Source: Octopus vulgaris (taxonomy: Eukaryota). Taken from it: DNA of 64,000 nucleotides. The position numbers were made by a program, and so were the translations under genes. The stretch spans positions 16,802,001 to 16,866,000 of the forward strand of contig OX597838.1 in the NCBI GenBank assembly GCA_951406725.2, read 5' to 3'. The notes beneath the pieces are model-generated. The model saw only the letters and a list, made by a program, of their open reading frames with translations. It had not been told where the DNA came from and made no database searches. This document shows, in pieces, positions 24,695 through 64,000 of the stretch; position 1 is the first letter of the stretch, and each line of letters opens with the position of its first letter.

Positions 24695-25070
24695 TCATCA
24701 TGGTCGAGACAATGGAATTTACCATGCTACGCCAGACTTCACGGTCCATCATGGCATTACGGAGGTCCTGTTGCTGGATGGCTGCATCCTTGGAGATTAC
24801 ATCAGGGTAGGAGAGTGTGCGCCCTCTGGTATTGCGAGTAGATGGCTTCCAGAGGAGAAGAGTAGAAATTGCCTCGTTTTCAGCTCTACAACAATGTCCA
24901 GCAAACTGGACTCTTCTACCTTTCACAAGAGATGACACAGGTGGTAGTTTCCCATATATTTGCATTTTGGTTGGATGACGCTTCCACAAGAGATTTTGAG
25001 CTCTCATAAGGAGGCGAGTGTAGGTTCCATTCAACCGCCTCTCAAGCTTCTTTGATAACGTCCAGGTTTA
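24695..25070 (-). mobile_element. RTE LINE 3' end
   Basis: GTYTRLL...RRVQFAGHC.R...LLLWKP...MMDREVWR followed by an (atg)n tail. Confidence 0.85.
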
Positions 25071-25325
25071 TCGATTTATAAGACTTGTCCAGTCCATTGA
25101 CAGTCATGTGCAGGGGTGTCAGTTCATTCCACAACAACTTTATGGATGCTACCACCAGTTTCTTTGAACTCCTGAGTATACCATACATTCTTTGAGAGCT
25201 TACTTCAGCTTCAAAACATTGACGTTCAGAAATAACACAAATGACCATAAAGATGTTCAAGCATTGGTAAGTTATGATTCGAGAAAAAAAGAAATAAAAG
25301 AAAATTTTAGCAAAATGAGGTAAAA

Positions 25326-25407
25326 CGCTTTAAGACCGCGACCTGTTCACTGACAAAAATCTGTGCTCACAGATTTTTGTCAGTGAACAGGTCGCGGTCT
25401 TAAAGCG
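25326..25407. repeat. Perfect 82-bp palindrome at the centre of a foldback repeat family
   Basis: 40-bp arms with a 2-nt loop; the same family occurs at ~3945-4070 and as a two-armed copy at 52810-53098. Confidence 0.9.
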
Positions 25408-26439
25408 ACGAAAATATTTTGACAAATTAAACTTAAATGTTGAAGTGAATCGAACGGCTTTTGTGTGTTTCTTAAATGGCTTACAAACACCTTCCACGCT
25501 GCAACTGTTTTCGTTTCAGCACACGATCTCAGATCAAATCACTTGCTATGCAAGTACGTCTCCGTTATTTTTTTAAAAAATATCTATTCCCTTCATATCA
25601 GACATCAATGGTAAGGAAATTCCTGCAGCCTCTGTTATTCTTTTTATAGTTCATTCAGTTATTCGAACCTGTTAGTCCTGAAAACCCATAAAGGTTATGG
25701 AAAACTTACCTCTCACAAAGAAATGTCTCCTAGTTTCATAATATTGGTTATTTTAACATTTAACACAGATTCTAAAATAAAGAATTCATTATCATCATCA
25801 TCATCATCATCGTTTAACGTCCGTTCTCCATGCTAGCATGGGTTGGACGGTTCGACCGGGGATCTGGGAAGCCAGAAGGCTGCACCAGGCTCCAGTCTGA
25901 TCTGGCAGTGTTTCTACAGCTGGGTTCCCTTCCTAATGCCAACCACTCCGTGAGTGTAGCAGGTGCTTTTTACGTGCCAGGCAAGGCTGGCAACGGCCAT
26001 GATCGGATTGGTGCTTTTTATGTGCCACCGGCACGGAAGCCAGTCAAGGCGGCGCTGGCATTGGCCACGTTCGGATGGTGCTTAAGCAAAAAAACAAAAC
26101 AAAAAAAAAAACACAATAATATTTAAATACAGAAAATGCATCAGCATATGAAATTTAAGATTTATATAAAAATATTTTAATTATGTATACATACATATGA
26201 TATTATATTACATATTATTTTCATTCATAAATCTTTGAGCATATTAAATACTTGTTTTAAATTTTAAATTATAAAAAATAAATCTACATCCATAAAATTC
26301 ATAATCTTTAAAAAAATAATATTTAAAAGAAGTTGATTTTTTTTTCCATTAACAATAAGTCACTTCTGTAATGTTCTGTTCAAATACGTGATGGAATATT
26401 TCAATCAAATATTTTGTGTGGGAACCTATGTAATAGATA

Positions 26440-52616
<26,177 letters not shown>

Positions 52617-54524
52617 CTGGAAGAATAAGAAAACAAAAAAACAATTAAACAAAAGTTGAAATCAAATTAAAGAAAATAAATTTCAAATGCTTTTGTTCAT
52701 TTCATGTCTTATGTAGCTTTAGTCATAATGTGTAAAACAGACTCAAATATCACGGAGATGTACTTGCATAGTGACCTGATCTGAGATCGTGTGCTGGAAT
52801 GAAAACAATTGCAGTGTGGAAGGTGTTTATAAGCCATTTAAGAAACACACAAAATCCGTTAGACTCACTTCAACATTTAAGTTTAATTTGTCAAAATATT
52901 TTTGTTGCTTTGAGGCTGTGACCTGTTCACCGAGGTCAACTTTGCTGTTCACTGAGATACAGCATGGAATTTTGTCAGTGAACAGGTCACGGTGTCAAAG
53001 CTACGAAGATATTTTGACAAATTAAATTTAAATGTTGAAGTGAATCTAATGGATTTTGTGTGTTTCTTAAATGGCTTATAAACACCTTCCACGCTGCACA
53101 CTCAAATATATTTTTGTAATCATCATCATCATCATCAAAATCGTTTAACGTCCGCTTTCCATGCTAGCATGGGTTGGACGGTTCAACTGGGGTCTGGGAA
53201 GCCAGAAGGCTGCACCTGGCCCAGTCAGATCTGGCAGTGTTTCTACAGCTGGATGCCCTTCCTAACGCCAACCACTCCGTGAGTGTAGTGGGTGCTTTTT
53301 ACGTGCCAGACAGGGCTGGCAAACGGCCACGATCGGTTTGCCAGCCCCGTCTGGCACCTAATATTGAAATTAAACTGCTTTGCACTGAAACTGAGGAGCA
53401 CTTGTAATGGCCCAAACACTAGAGCCTAAAGCTTTAGCAAAGCTTACCTATAACTCAACAACCATAAGAAATCTTTCTCTTAATTCTCTCTAGATCTGGT
53501 ATAATCATCCCTCTTCCATTTACAAAATTCTTAAAAAATATTCTTTCTTTTTAATAATACATTAACAGGCACAGGAGTGGCTGTGTGGTAAGTAGCTTGC
53601 TTACCAACCACATATTTCCTGGTTCAGTCCCATTGCGTGGTACCTTGGGCAAGTGTCTTCTACAATAGCCTCAGGCCAACCAAAGCCTTGTGAGTGGATT
53701 TGGTAGACGGAAACTGAAAGAAGCCCGTTGTATATATGTATATCTATATATACATATGTATGTGTGTGTGTGTATATGTTTGTCCCCTAACATCGCTTGA
53801 CAACTGATGCTGGTGTGTTTACGTCCCCGTAACTTAGCAGTTTGGCAAAAGAGACTGATAGAATAAGTACTAGGCTTACAAAGAATAAGTCCTGGGTCGA
53901 TTTGCTTGACTAAAGGTGGTGCTCCAGCATGGCCGCAGTCAAATGACTAAAACAAGTTATAGGGATGTAAACACACCAGCATCGGTTGTCAAGTGATGTT
54001 GGGGGGACAAACACAGACACACAAACATATACACACACACATACATACATACACACACACACACATATATATATATATATGTACATATATACGATGGACT
54101 TCTTTCAGTTTCCGTCTACCAAATCCACTCACAAAGCTTTGGTTGGCCCGAGGCTATAGTAGAAGACACTTGCCCAAGGTGCCACACAGTGGGATTGAAC
54201 CCGGAACTACTTACCACACAGCCACTCCTACGCCTACATATTATATGTGTGTACCAGATAGCAGACAATATAGCTGCTGAGTTTTTATGATGGATACTAC
54301 TTAATATTGGTTTAAAATTTTGGCACAAGGCCAGCAATTTCAAAGGAAGTGGTGAATCAATTACATCCACCCCAGTGTTCAACTATTACTTATTTTATCA
54401 ACCTCAAAAGGATGAAAGGCAAAGTCAACCTTGGCAGAATTTGAACTCAGAACGTAGAGACAGACGAATGGCCACTAAGCATTTTCTCCAGCAAGCTAAC
54501 GTTTCAGCCACCTTGCCGGCTGCG

Positions 54525-54790
54525 GGGTCACTCCGAAAAGCTCTATCTGCGACAATTTCATCTCAATCGAAGGAGAGGGGCTTTCTCCGTCCGGGTTGCG
54601 GATCCGTGGAATAAGCTGCTGGACGAGATAGTGAAGATGCCGACAACCGCTCGGTTCAAAGTTTCTCTTGACCAGAAATGGCCTGAACTCTTTGTATGAA
54701 CACCCTCCTTGTACATAACTCCATGTCCCCCTACATGGCCTTGCTTTTTGCTTTTTGAGCCAAAAAATTAACTTGAACTTAACTTAACTT
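54525..54790 (+). mobile_element. CR1/L2-type LINE 3' end
   Basis: HSEKLY...RR.AFSVRVADPWNKL...FKVSLD, followed by an (aactt)n tail. Confidence 0.75.
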
Positions 54791-55208
54791 TATATAGTAA
54801 AAGTTTATATAAAACTCTGCAGGGTTACTCTTTCTGCTTGCATAAACTCTTAACAGAAACATAAAGAGAACACATTACAACTATTCTAAAAATTTTTATT
54901 AAAAGATAAAACTTTGCAACACCCCCATGTACATAAGAATGATCCCAAATAACTCCATTGCTTTGTTACTGCCAAAGTACTCTACAGTCAGCATCTCATT
55001 CCATATTTCCTCTCCAACAATGTACCATTCTCCACTCACAAAGAACAACATTTCAAGCTAGACAATACTCAACTATCAATCTCATAAATGAACGAAAATA
55101 TAAAAGCAAAATAAAAATAACCACTGAAACACAGAAGTGTCTCACTTCTGAACCCAGAACAATGTGGTTGGGAAGCAAGATTCTTACCCAACAGCCATGC
55201 CAGTGGCT

Positions 55209-55645
55209 TAACCCTTTAGTGTTCAGATTACTCTGTTAAATGTAATACTTTTTCACTCAAATTGTTTTGAATTAATCATGCATTATCTCATAGCTTTGAG
55301 GTTTCAATGATGTGATTGCTTATTTTCAGAATGTCAATGTAGGTTTGGTGTGAGAGGCTGGATCTGGCCAGTTTGAATATAAAACATGTAGAATATCTGG
55401 GCCAGATATGGCTGGTTTAAACACTAAAGGGTTAAACCAGCCCTATCCGGCCAAAATATTCTACCTGTTTTATGTTCAAACTAGTCAGATATGGTCATTC
55501 ATAGCTACCTAATTGTGTCATTTTTAAAAATAAACAATCACATCATTGAAATCTCAAAGCCATGAAATGATGCAAGATTAATTTTACATGGTGTGAATAC
55601 ATAAGCTTTACATTTGACAGAATAATTTGAATGCTAAAGGGTTAA
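55209..55645. mobile_element. Two oppositely oriented copies of a second TTAA MITE family joined at a TTAA
   Basis: ttaaccctttag...ctaaagggttaa termini; other copies at ~3249-3460 and ~11464-11690. Confidence 0.75.
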
Positions 55646-56044
55646 TATACTAGTTTTAGATATATTGGTGACATCATCATCATGATCATCATCATCGTTT
55701 AACGTCCGTTCTCCATGCTAGCATGGGTTGGACGGTTCGACCGGGGATCTGGGAAGCCAGAAGGCTGCACCAGGCTCCAGTCTGATCTGGCAGTGTTTCT
55801 ACAGCTTGATGCCCTTCCTAACGCCAACCACTCCGTGAGTGTAGTGGGTGCTTTTTACGTGCCACCTGCACAGGTGCCAGGTGAGGCTGGCAACGGCCAC
55901 GATCGGATTGGTGCATTTTACGTGCCACTGGCACGGAAGCCAGTCGAGGCGGCACTGGCATCGGCCTAATCTTTGCAGAATTTTGACAAAAGCTTGCTGC
56001 ATTTCAGTGGTTATTTTTATTTTGCTTTTATATTTTCGTTAACA

Positions 56045-56381
56045 TCGAGCCACCTAACTCCCCATACTGCAAACCCCTTAGTTATTATGTGTGGGGCACA
56101 GTTGAACAAGAGAGCAACAAAACTCCTTGTAACACCAAAGATGAACTGAAGGCAAGGATTCACCAACTTAAACAAGGAGGCTGTCCAGAAGAGTTGCAGG
56201 AGATTCCGAAGTTGTCTGGGAGGACATGGTTGAAGACAATGGCAATTTTATTGAATGAATTTACACTTTAGTATTTCAAGATATTTTAATGAAATTTTGG
56301 TAAATATATCTGTTGAAATGAGATGTCAGTATTATTTTCATTTTTGCGTAATTTAGACGAATTTATTCACCGCACCTTGTA
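56045..56381 (+). mobile_element. Tc1-like transposase 3' remnant
   Basis: PPNSPYCKPL.YYVWG.VE....K.ELKARI-like remnant and a terminal ...caccttgTA. Confidence 0.6.
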
Positions 56382-56385
56382 TACA

Positions 56386-56438
<53 letters not shown>

Positions 56439-59400
56439 TTGTGTCTTTGACTGTCCCCCACCACTATTGAACAATAGTTGGTGAGGTTAGATCCCTGTAA
56501 CTTAGCGGCTTGGCAAAAGAGACTAAGCTTTAAAAAAAAAAGTATTGGGGTTGATTTGTTTCAACTAAAACCCTTCAAAGTAGTGCCCCAGCATGGCCAC
56601 ACTGAAATAACCGAAATAAGTGAAAGATAAAACACAATTACTTCATTTATTACTAGCAGTATCGCCCGGCGTTGCTCGGGTTTGTAAGGGAAATAACTAT
56701 ATATGCATTTTTAGAGAGCTACTTCCCTTATATAATAGCAAAAAATGCATTAAAAATGGGAAAAAATGATGGTAATTTTTTTTTTAAATCGTAGACTCAT
56801 CGTAGACGCGCACTAATACCCAGAAGGGCTCGATATGAATCACGACTATAAGATACCCGCTTTTGGTTAAACTGCACCGCAAAATGTGGGAGTAGTTAGG
56901 AATCTAAATCGTAGGAAACAGACACACAACTTCATTTTTATTTATAAAGATATTACTGCAATTTAAAGCCTCAATTTCTTTATTAAAAAGCTTACTGACA
57001 AGGAATCAGACGAAATAATTCCCTCCACATTTCTACCAAGTTGTTCATGGCATGCATCACAAACTCACATAAACACACGTACACAGCACGACACAAAACT
57101 AAATACTTAGACTTATTGGCTATAGTAATTTGATACTAGTATCATTCAGTTAGTCATAAACTATTCCCATGAATATGTTTCACAAACTGTAGTGGGTTAA
57201 CACTCCCGTGCTTTATCTGATAAATCTCAAAATTTTAGGACTTTGACATAGATGAGAGCAAAAAATAAGAAGAACAGGAACTAGCCCTCCATTTTCTGAA
57301 GTAGTGTATGTGCATGTGAGATAAAGAGCAGGGAGGAGACTGAAAGAGATGGGGGGAGCGCGAAAGGGGGGAAGGGTAAAAGAGAGAGAATGGGTAGGAA
57401 GTCAATGATGTGAAGGATTTGTAATAATTTGAAGAATTCGCATCACCAAATGCTTCTTTTCAGACATCACTATAATTTTAGGATGTTTATATAGCTTAGG
57501 AATTTTAAATTAAAATATAACATTTTGAAATATAAGCATATAAAAATACGGAAGCACAAATTTGAAAAAACATGTCTTTTAACTCTTTTACTTGTTTCAG
57601 TCATTTGACTGTGGCCATGCTGGAGCACCGCCTTTAGTCGAGCAAATCGACCCCAGGACTTATTCTTTGTAAGCCTAGTACTTATTCTCTCGGTCTCTTT
57701 TGCTGAACCGCTAAGTTACGGGGATGTAAACACACCAATATCGGTTGTCAAGCGATGTTGGGGGGACAAACACAGACACGCAAACATATATATATATGGT
57801 GCATCAGCATGGCCACAGCTCTGAGCTGAAACTAGAGAAAAAAAATGCATATATACGACGGGCTTCTTTCAGTTTCCCTCTACCAAATCCACTCACAAGG
57901 CTTTGGTCGGCCTGAGGCTATAGTAGAAGACACTCGCCCAAGGTGCCACGCAGTGGGACTGAACCCAGAACCATGTGGTTGGTAAGCAAGCTACTTACCA
58001 CACAGCCACTCTTATGCCTATGTATTAATAATTGTTTTGAAACCATTAACATTTTCTCTGTATAACACACTTAAGTGAATTTCATAAAATGGTTTGCTGA
58101 ATAATGATCACATGAACAAACTAAACTGAATTATTATATTTCTTAGCAACCAAAGGTATTTTAACTATTCTCATATCTTACACGTGTGTATGGAAGAAAA
58201 ACAATTTATCATCTCTTTATGTCAAAATGGTTTAAAGATAAGCATTTCTAACCAACCGAACCCTTATAAACAATTTATCGTATCACTATGACCAATGAAT
58301 ATTCTAAAAATACCAGCTCAACATTCACTCCAAATAAAATTCATGTCAGTTGAATTAGACTAGGGAGGTGGCACAGAAAAAGCATCCAGTACAAACAATT
58401 AGGCAGTTGATTTTAGGAAGGTTATCCAGCCACAGAAACTATATCAAAGCAGACACTGGAGCACAATACAGTCCTTGGGCCCATCAGATCCTGTCAAATC
58501 ATCCACCCCTGCGCTCCCTGTCACATCTTCACTATCTTCTCTTTCTCCTCCCTCCCTCCCTCCCTCCACTCACTCTCAACCTGTGGTGGCCTTGTTTCTT
58601 GTCTACTGCAAGACACCTTTTTTTCTGTCCCTCAATACTTTCACCCCCAACCTCAGTTGAGGACTCTTATCTTGCAAGTTACTTGGTGAACTCAATGCTG
58701 GTGGTGTCACGTAGATAGCATTCAGTACACTCTGTAAAGTGGTTGGCAATAATAATAATAATAATAATAATAAGGGCATCCTGTCATGGGGACTATGCCA
58801 AAGCAGACAGCAGAGATTGGTGCTGTCTTTTCATTTGCCAATTCCTGTCAAACCATCCAGCTCATGCCGGCATGGAAAAACGAATCTTAAATGATGATGA
58901 TAATGATAATAATGGTGATGATGATGGAGATAATGATTCTGGCTCTTGTGCAAATGTTTTGTCCCTTTCATGGTCGATATATAACCATGTGATTTGTAAG
59001 CAAGCTATTTACCACACAGCCACACCTGTGCCTAAAAGAATAAAATTCTTACAATGTAGACAAACATACAGTTCTCACTGCTAATGACTGGCACTCCATC
59101 AGTTATGACAACGAATGTTCCAGTTGATATGATCAATGGGACAGCCTGCTCATGAAATTAACATGCAAGTGGTTGAGCACTCCACCACATACACACGTAC
59201 CCTTAGTGTAGTTTTCAAGGAGATTCAGTGCAACACAGAATGTGAAAAGGCTGATGCTTTGAAATACAGGTGCTACTCATTTTCGCAAGCTGAGCAGACT
59301 GGAGCAACGTGAAACAAAGTACCTTGCTCAAAGACACAATGCACTGCCAGGAATCAAATTCCAAACCTTCTGATCAAGAACCAAAAACCCTAACCACTAA

Positions 59401-60515
59401 ACCACACTGGTCAGAACAATGCTTTTAAAATAGGTAAACAGAATTTGAAGGGCTTTTAGGTATAAAGCAGTGGATCTCATCCAGGATCCACATGACCCTT
59501 GGGGATCCATAGAAGATTTTGTGGTTAAAAATAACGTGCAATAATTTGGTTATATTTCTGCTATACTCTTTTACTTGTTTCAGTCATTTGACAGCAGCCA
59601 TGCTGGAGCACCAATTTTAGTCGAGCAAATTGACCCCAGGACTTATTCTTTGTAAGCCTAGTACTTATTCTATTGGTCTCTTTTGCCGAACTGCTAAGTT
59701 ACGGGAGAGGTAAATACACCAGCATCGGTTGGGGGAACAAACACAGACAAACACACACACACACACATGCATATATATACACATACATACAGCTGGTTTC
59801 TTTCAGTTTCCGTCTCCCAAATCCACTCACAAGGCTTTGGTTGCCCTGGGGCTATAAGTAGAAGACACTTGCCCAAGGTGCTGCACAGTGGGACTGAACC
59901 CGGAACTATGTGGTTGGGAAGCAAGCTACTTACCATGCAGCCACTCACAAACAATATATATATACATATATTTTTCTCACTATTTACACTTTTTCTTCTG
60001 ACTTTGTACCTCTTGTATTTTTTTCTCTTTTTTCTCACCAACTAACCCATTTTCTTCAGTGGTTTTCCTACTCTCCCTTGCACCTTCCTCCCACCTTCAT
60101 TACATTCACACAGCAGATACTCTCCTATATATGCACACGTCGCTCTACCTTCTCTTCCCATACAAGCACATCCCCACCTGGTCACTAAATCATTTGTTTT
60201 AAGCATTATACTGATAACACCTTCATTATAACTTGTCCCACTCATTTTGTCTTTTTCTTATTTTTACTCATTACCACACACACCTTCAATGTAGTGATGA
60301 GGGGACTACAATAGTGCTGACATCTGCAACCTTATAGGATTGTATATACTGCACACTTTAATGACGAGGTTCCTGTCAGTCTTCCTTAGTCCATACAGAA
60401 ATGATGCTTTAACCATAGCCATCTCTAGAAGAGCTAATGGATATACCCTAGATAGCCTTCAAAAAGATCTAATTTGCATCCTTGGTTCCACTGAACGCAA
60501 CATTACAATTTAGAG

Positions 60516-60846
60516 CAGGCCTGGCCAACTCGAATTACATTGCAGGCCACTTTAATCATAGAAATTTTTTGAGGGCTGCTTGTATACTGACAGAATTGAA
60601 AACATTTTGCTTCCCTATGCTATTATTACAATAATGAATGAAAGATCATTGATTCAACATGAAATATTATCACTGCAAAAACAGTAGTATCATTCTTTTT
60701 TACTTCCCACTGCAATCTTTAATTTTTGATAAAAATTTTTAAAATGTTTGTTTAAATAAACCCATTTCAAGAAAGTATCAAGCAGATCGCAAGATAAAAG
60801 TCTGCGGGCCGCATGCGACCCACATGCCTCGGGTTGGCCAGCCCTG
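60516..60846. mobile_element. hAT-type MITE
   Basis: TIRs caggcctggccaac / gttggccagccctg; 8-bp TSD atttagag / atttagac. Confidence 0.85.
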
Positions 60847-60859
60847 ATTTAGACCAATC

Positions 60860-62700
60860 TTACCACTGTCAACTTTTTAAATGTTATGTTGGATCTGGGT
60901 AATCTGGGTACCTGTTCTTACAGACCCTACTACAAACTAAATGAGAGGTTGTCGTACATCAAAATAGTCTCCGGCCACACATCTATTGTGTTCAAGAACC
61001 TAGTGAAGGGTGCCAGCAACAGGATTTTGAACTTGTCCTCCAGGCAAGAGATTTTTGACACCACAGCCCCCTATATATCAGACCCTAGCACCAGCAAAAG
61101 AAGTGCCAATGTAAAGTCATTTGGTTTGCTCCACCTTTCTCACTCAATGTCAAGATTTTTATGTGGGAAGGATATTCTATAGATTAGTGGGCAAACACTT
61201 CATAGTCACACAGATACGGAAGTTTGTTTTACAGACACAATGTAAGCACCTCTTTTACTTCTGCATCCAGCATTAAGAAAATATTAGCAAGCACACCTAA
61301 GTCACAGGCAGAAGTAAGGTGCTCATGTAGAGTATACAATGAATGCCCAGTAGGTCAATGCAGTGCTGAGGGAGTAGTGTATGAGGCTGAAGTGGTGATC
61401 AGAAGTGGCAACCACAGTGGCAGAGTTAGCAACAGCTTGCCAATAACAATCACAACAGCAACAGAAAATAGCAGTGGTAGGTACACCAGCAACATGTCAA
61501 GCGGCAGAGGCAGCAATACCAACAGCTATACCTGTTTCTTTATTACCCACAAGGGGCCAAACAAGGACAGACATAGGTATTAAGTCGATTACATCGACCC
61601 CAGTGCGTAACTGGTACTTAATTTATCGACCCCGAAAGGATGAAAGGCAAAGTCGACCTCGGCGGAATTTGAACTCAGGACGTAACACAGACGAAATACC
61701 GCAAGGCATTTTGCCCTGCGTGCTAACGTTTCTGCCAGCTCGCCGCCTATACCAGCAGCAACAAAGCAGCTGGCAGTGGTGGCTACACCAGGATTGCATC
61801 CAGAAATAGCAGCAACATCAGCAACACAAGCAACAGTACCTGTGGCAGTAGCAGCAGCAGTGGCAATACCTACGTTGGGCACAGCAGTGACAGCAGCAGA
61901 GTTAACAATAGCAACTGTAACACTACCAGCACAGACATAGAAATATGTCCCTTCCACAGATGACCCCTTTCAGCAATGTCTGAGGAACCACAAGTCCTCC
62001 ATCAGAATACCTGAGAGGTGCAACATCATGTCCCTGGCCAACTACATATACTGTTAAAAAGAATAAGGCATGCCATACATAACTAAATGGAGGCTCCTAG
62101 AACAACTGGGGCCATACCTCACCAGGAGTATATGATGTAAATGTGGTGAGCTGGCAGAAACGTTAGCATGCCGGGCGAAATGCGTAGCCGTATTTCGTCT
62201 GCCGTTACATTCTGAGTTCAAATTCCGCCGAGGTCGACTTTGCCTTTCATCCTTTCAGGGTCGATAAATTAAGTACCAGTTACGCACTGGAGTCGATGTA
62301 ATCGACTTAATACCTATGTCTGTCCTTGTTTGTCCCCTCTGTGTTTAGCCCCTTGTGGGTAATAAAGAAATAGGTATTTTGACTGCCGTTATGTTCTGAG
62401 TTCAAATTCCGCCGAGGTCGACTTTGCCTTTCATCCTTTCAGGGTTGATAAGTTAAGTACCAGTTATGCACTGGGGTCGGTGTAATCGACTTAATCCATT
62501 CGTCTGTCCTTGTTTGTCCCCTCTTTTAGCCCCTTGTGGGCAATAAAGAAATAAGGAGTATATGATGTAAGCATTGCTTGGTCAAGAGAGCAAGAATCCT
62601 GAAAAACTCACTTGAACCAGGGACTTTTTTAATTTCGAGGAAAGAAACATTTAGTCAATGCCTCCATCAAAGGCATTTCCTGTTACAAGCTTGGAATTCT
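60860..62700 (+). mobile_element. Decayed Penelope-like element ORF (RT C-terminus plus GIY-YIG region) with nested SINEs
   Basis: YRPY.K.N..L.Y...S.H, CSCR...CP..G.C....VVY.A.V and NHKSS...SLANYI remnants; SINE dimer 62141-62553 with a 17-bp TSD aggagtatatgatgtaa. Confidence 0.7.
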
Positions 62701-63007
62701 TCATTTGCATAATAGGAACGTGCCACCAGCTTCGAAAAGCATTATGGACATAACTGGAACTGATGTAAGGGGGATAACCCCACCCCACCTGAAAGCTTAC
62801 TGGTAGGGCCCATTCCAGATATTTTTGATTTACAAAACTGACATGATGTTTTCCTCCCTCCAGTTGTAGAGAGGTTACGTGTCTCTGCCTATTTGAGTCC
62901 GATAAGTCGCCTATACAGCTAAGTATTCTACAGGTGTGAAAGTAGTGGTCACTCTCTGACCAGCCATAACAAACAACCTTCTAAATATACGTATATATAC
63001 ATATATA

Positions 63008-63262
63008 TTATGGCTGCCCCCTCGTTATCGAGTATGGCCATTGCACGAAGCTTAACTGTTACTGGTGCTGTGATCGAATGTGACTTTTTAGCCCAGCTAA
63101 AGATCTACAATGTCTTGTACAAAATTGGCAACTAAAACCTTTACTGGTAATAGTCGGCTGTAGTTGTAACTGGGCTTCATGTACCTTTGCATGTCGTTTA
63201 AGTCCTCCTGCCGAATTACACTCTCTTCCCCATGCCCGACAGATATGATTAGTATGGTGTGT
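63008..63262 (-). mobile_element. RTE LINE 3' end with C2H2-like tail
   Basis: C..C.R.C.S.AGLKSH.R motif followed by a short 3'UTR. Confidence 0.7.
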
Positions 63263-63426
63263 TACACCACCACCAGTGGCCAGGTTGTCACTCATCTGTC
63301 TCATATATATACACACATGCATACATATTGCATAGGTGATGAGGTGATGAAACACAATAATCATATTATAGACATAACATTCAAAAAGAATCTGATAAAA
63401 TTACTATCAGTTAATTTTTTGGTACA

Positions 63427-63548
63427 ACTTAAATACAGAGGTCCCGATGCATCTATGTAATCCTAACCTTAAAACCAACCCTACCCTAACGAGTGAGCAC
63501 TGTAGAAACATTGTTTGCATAGATGCATTGGGACCTCTGCATTTAAGT
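63427..63548. mobile_element. Small TTAA-flanked palindromic MITE
   Basis: ~33-bp TIRs (acttaaat.cagaggtccc.atgcatctatg) around cctaacc-like repeats. Confidence 0.75.
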
Positions 63549-64000
63549 AGTGCCAATTTTTGGGGGTTTTTTTTTCCCCATGACCTTCACAAGGTCTTCT
63601 TGAGATCAGCTATCTTGAGGGTGTCAAGGTTCTGTTTAAACTTTTTCAGGTTAACACCTGCAGCAAGAAAAACATCAGCAAGAAGATTCCAAAGGGCCAA
63701 TGTTTTGGGGGAGAAGGGATTAAGCATAGTGATCAGTGAGGGGATGAGTGCACCAAGGGTAACAAAAGGTGGAAAGCCGAGTGGGCTAGAGGTGCCTGAG
63801 TGGTGGAGGTATAAGACTAACCAGCTCTGAGATTATAGGAGCAATAGTTATAATTATAATTATAGTAGCAGAGAGAGAAGACAGCATGTGCTTGGGTTAC
63901 AAACTAGAGCGTATCTGTTAGTGACTGAATTACAATTAGCTGAGTGGCCCTTCTCTGGATGGAGTCCAAGATGTGTTTACTAGCAGCATTGTCCCAGATG

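Noticed and set aside
62755-62805. Hammerhead at the end of the Penelope-like ORF
   Set aside because: The core reads CTGATGT and stem I/II pairing is poor; at best a decayed remnant.

Overview
Eukaryotic, AT-rich, very repeat-dense genomic DNA. The SINE/MITE repertoire (tRNA-headed SINEs with internal TA/TG microsatellites, CAT-tailed SINEs, TTAA MITEs) and a mollusc-type 5S rRNA copy point to an octopus; this is my recognition, not a database result. Three genes can be assembled from the sequence. (1) ELP5 (+): 8 coding exons, 893-14141, 302 aa. (2) A DRAM/TMEM150-family autophagy modulator (-): 6 coding exons, 52616-26440, 263 aa. (3) A small orphan gene (-): 151 aa, 20352-19897, with a 67-nt 5'UTR intron; its C-terminus plus 3'UTR is amplified as five 166-bp units, four of which are exact ATG-to-stop cassettes. 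The rest is transposon debris: mariner, Gypsy/Mag LTR, CR1, RTE, Tx1, HERO, Penelope-like with minimal hammerhead ribozymes, Helitron/HINE, hAT and piggyBac MITEs, and three tandem arrays (166, 169 and 183 bp units). The most unusual signals are a CR1 copy with a dense cluster of A>G changes (a possible genomic fossil of ADAR-hyper-edited RNA), a 5S rRNA-SINE chimera inserted as one unit with a 16-bp TSD, and the stop-A-ATG mini-ORF array. Most ORFs in the supplied track are spurious repeat-derived frames.
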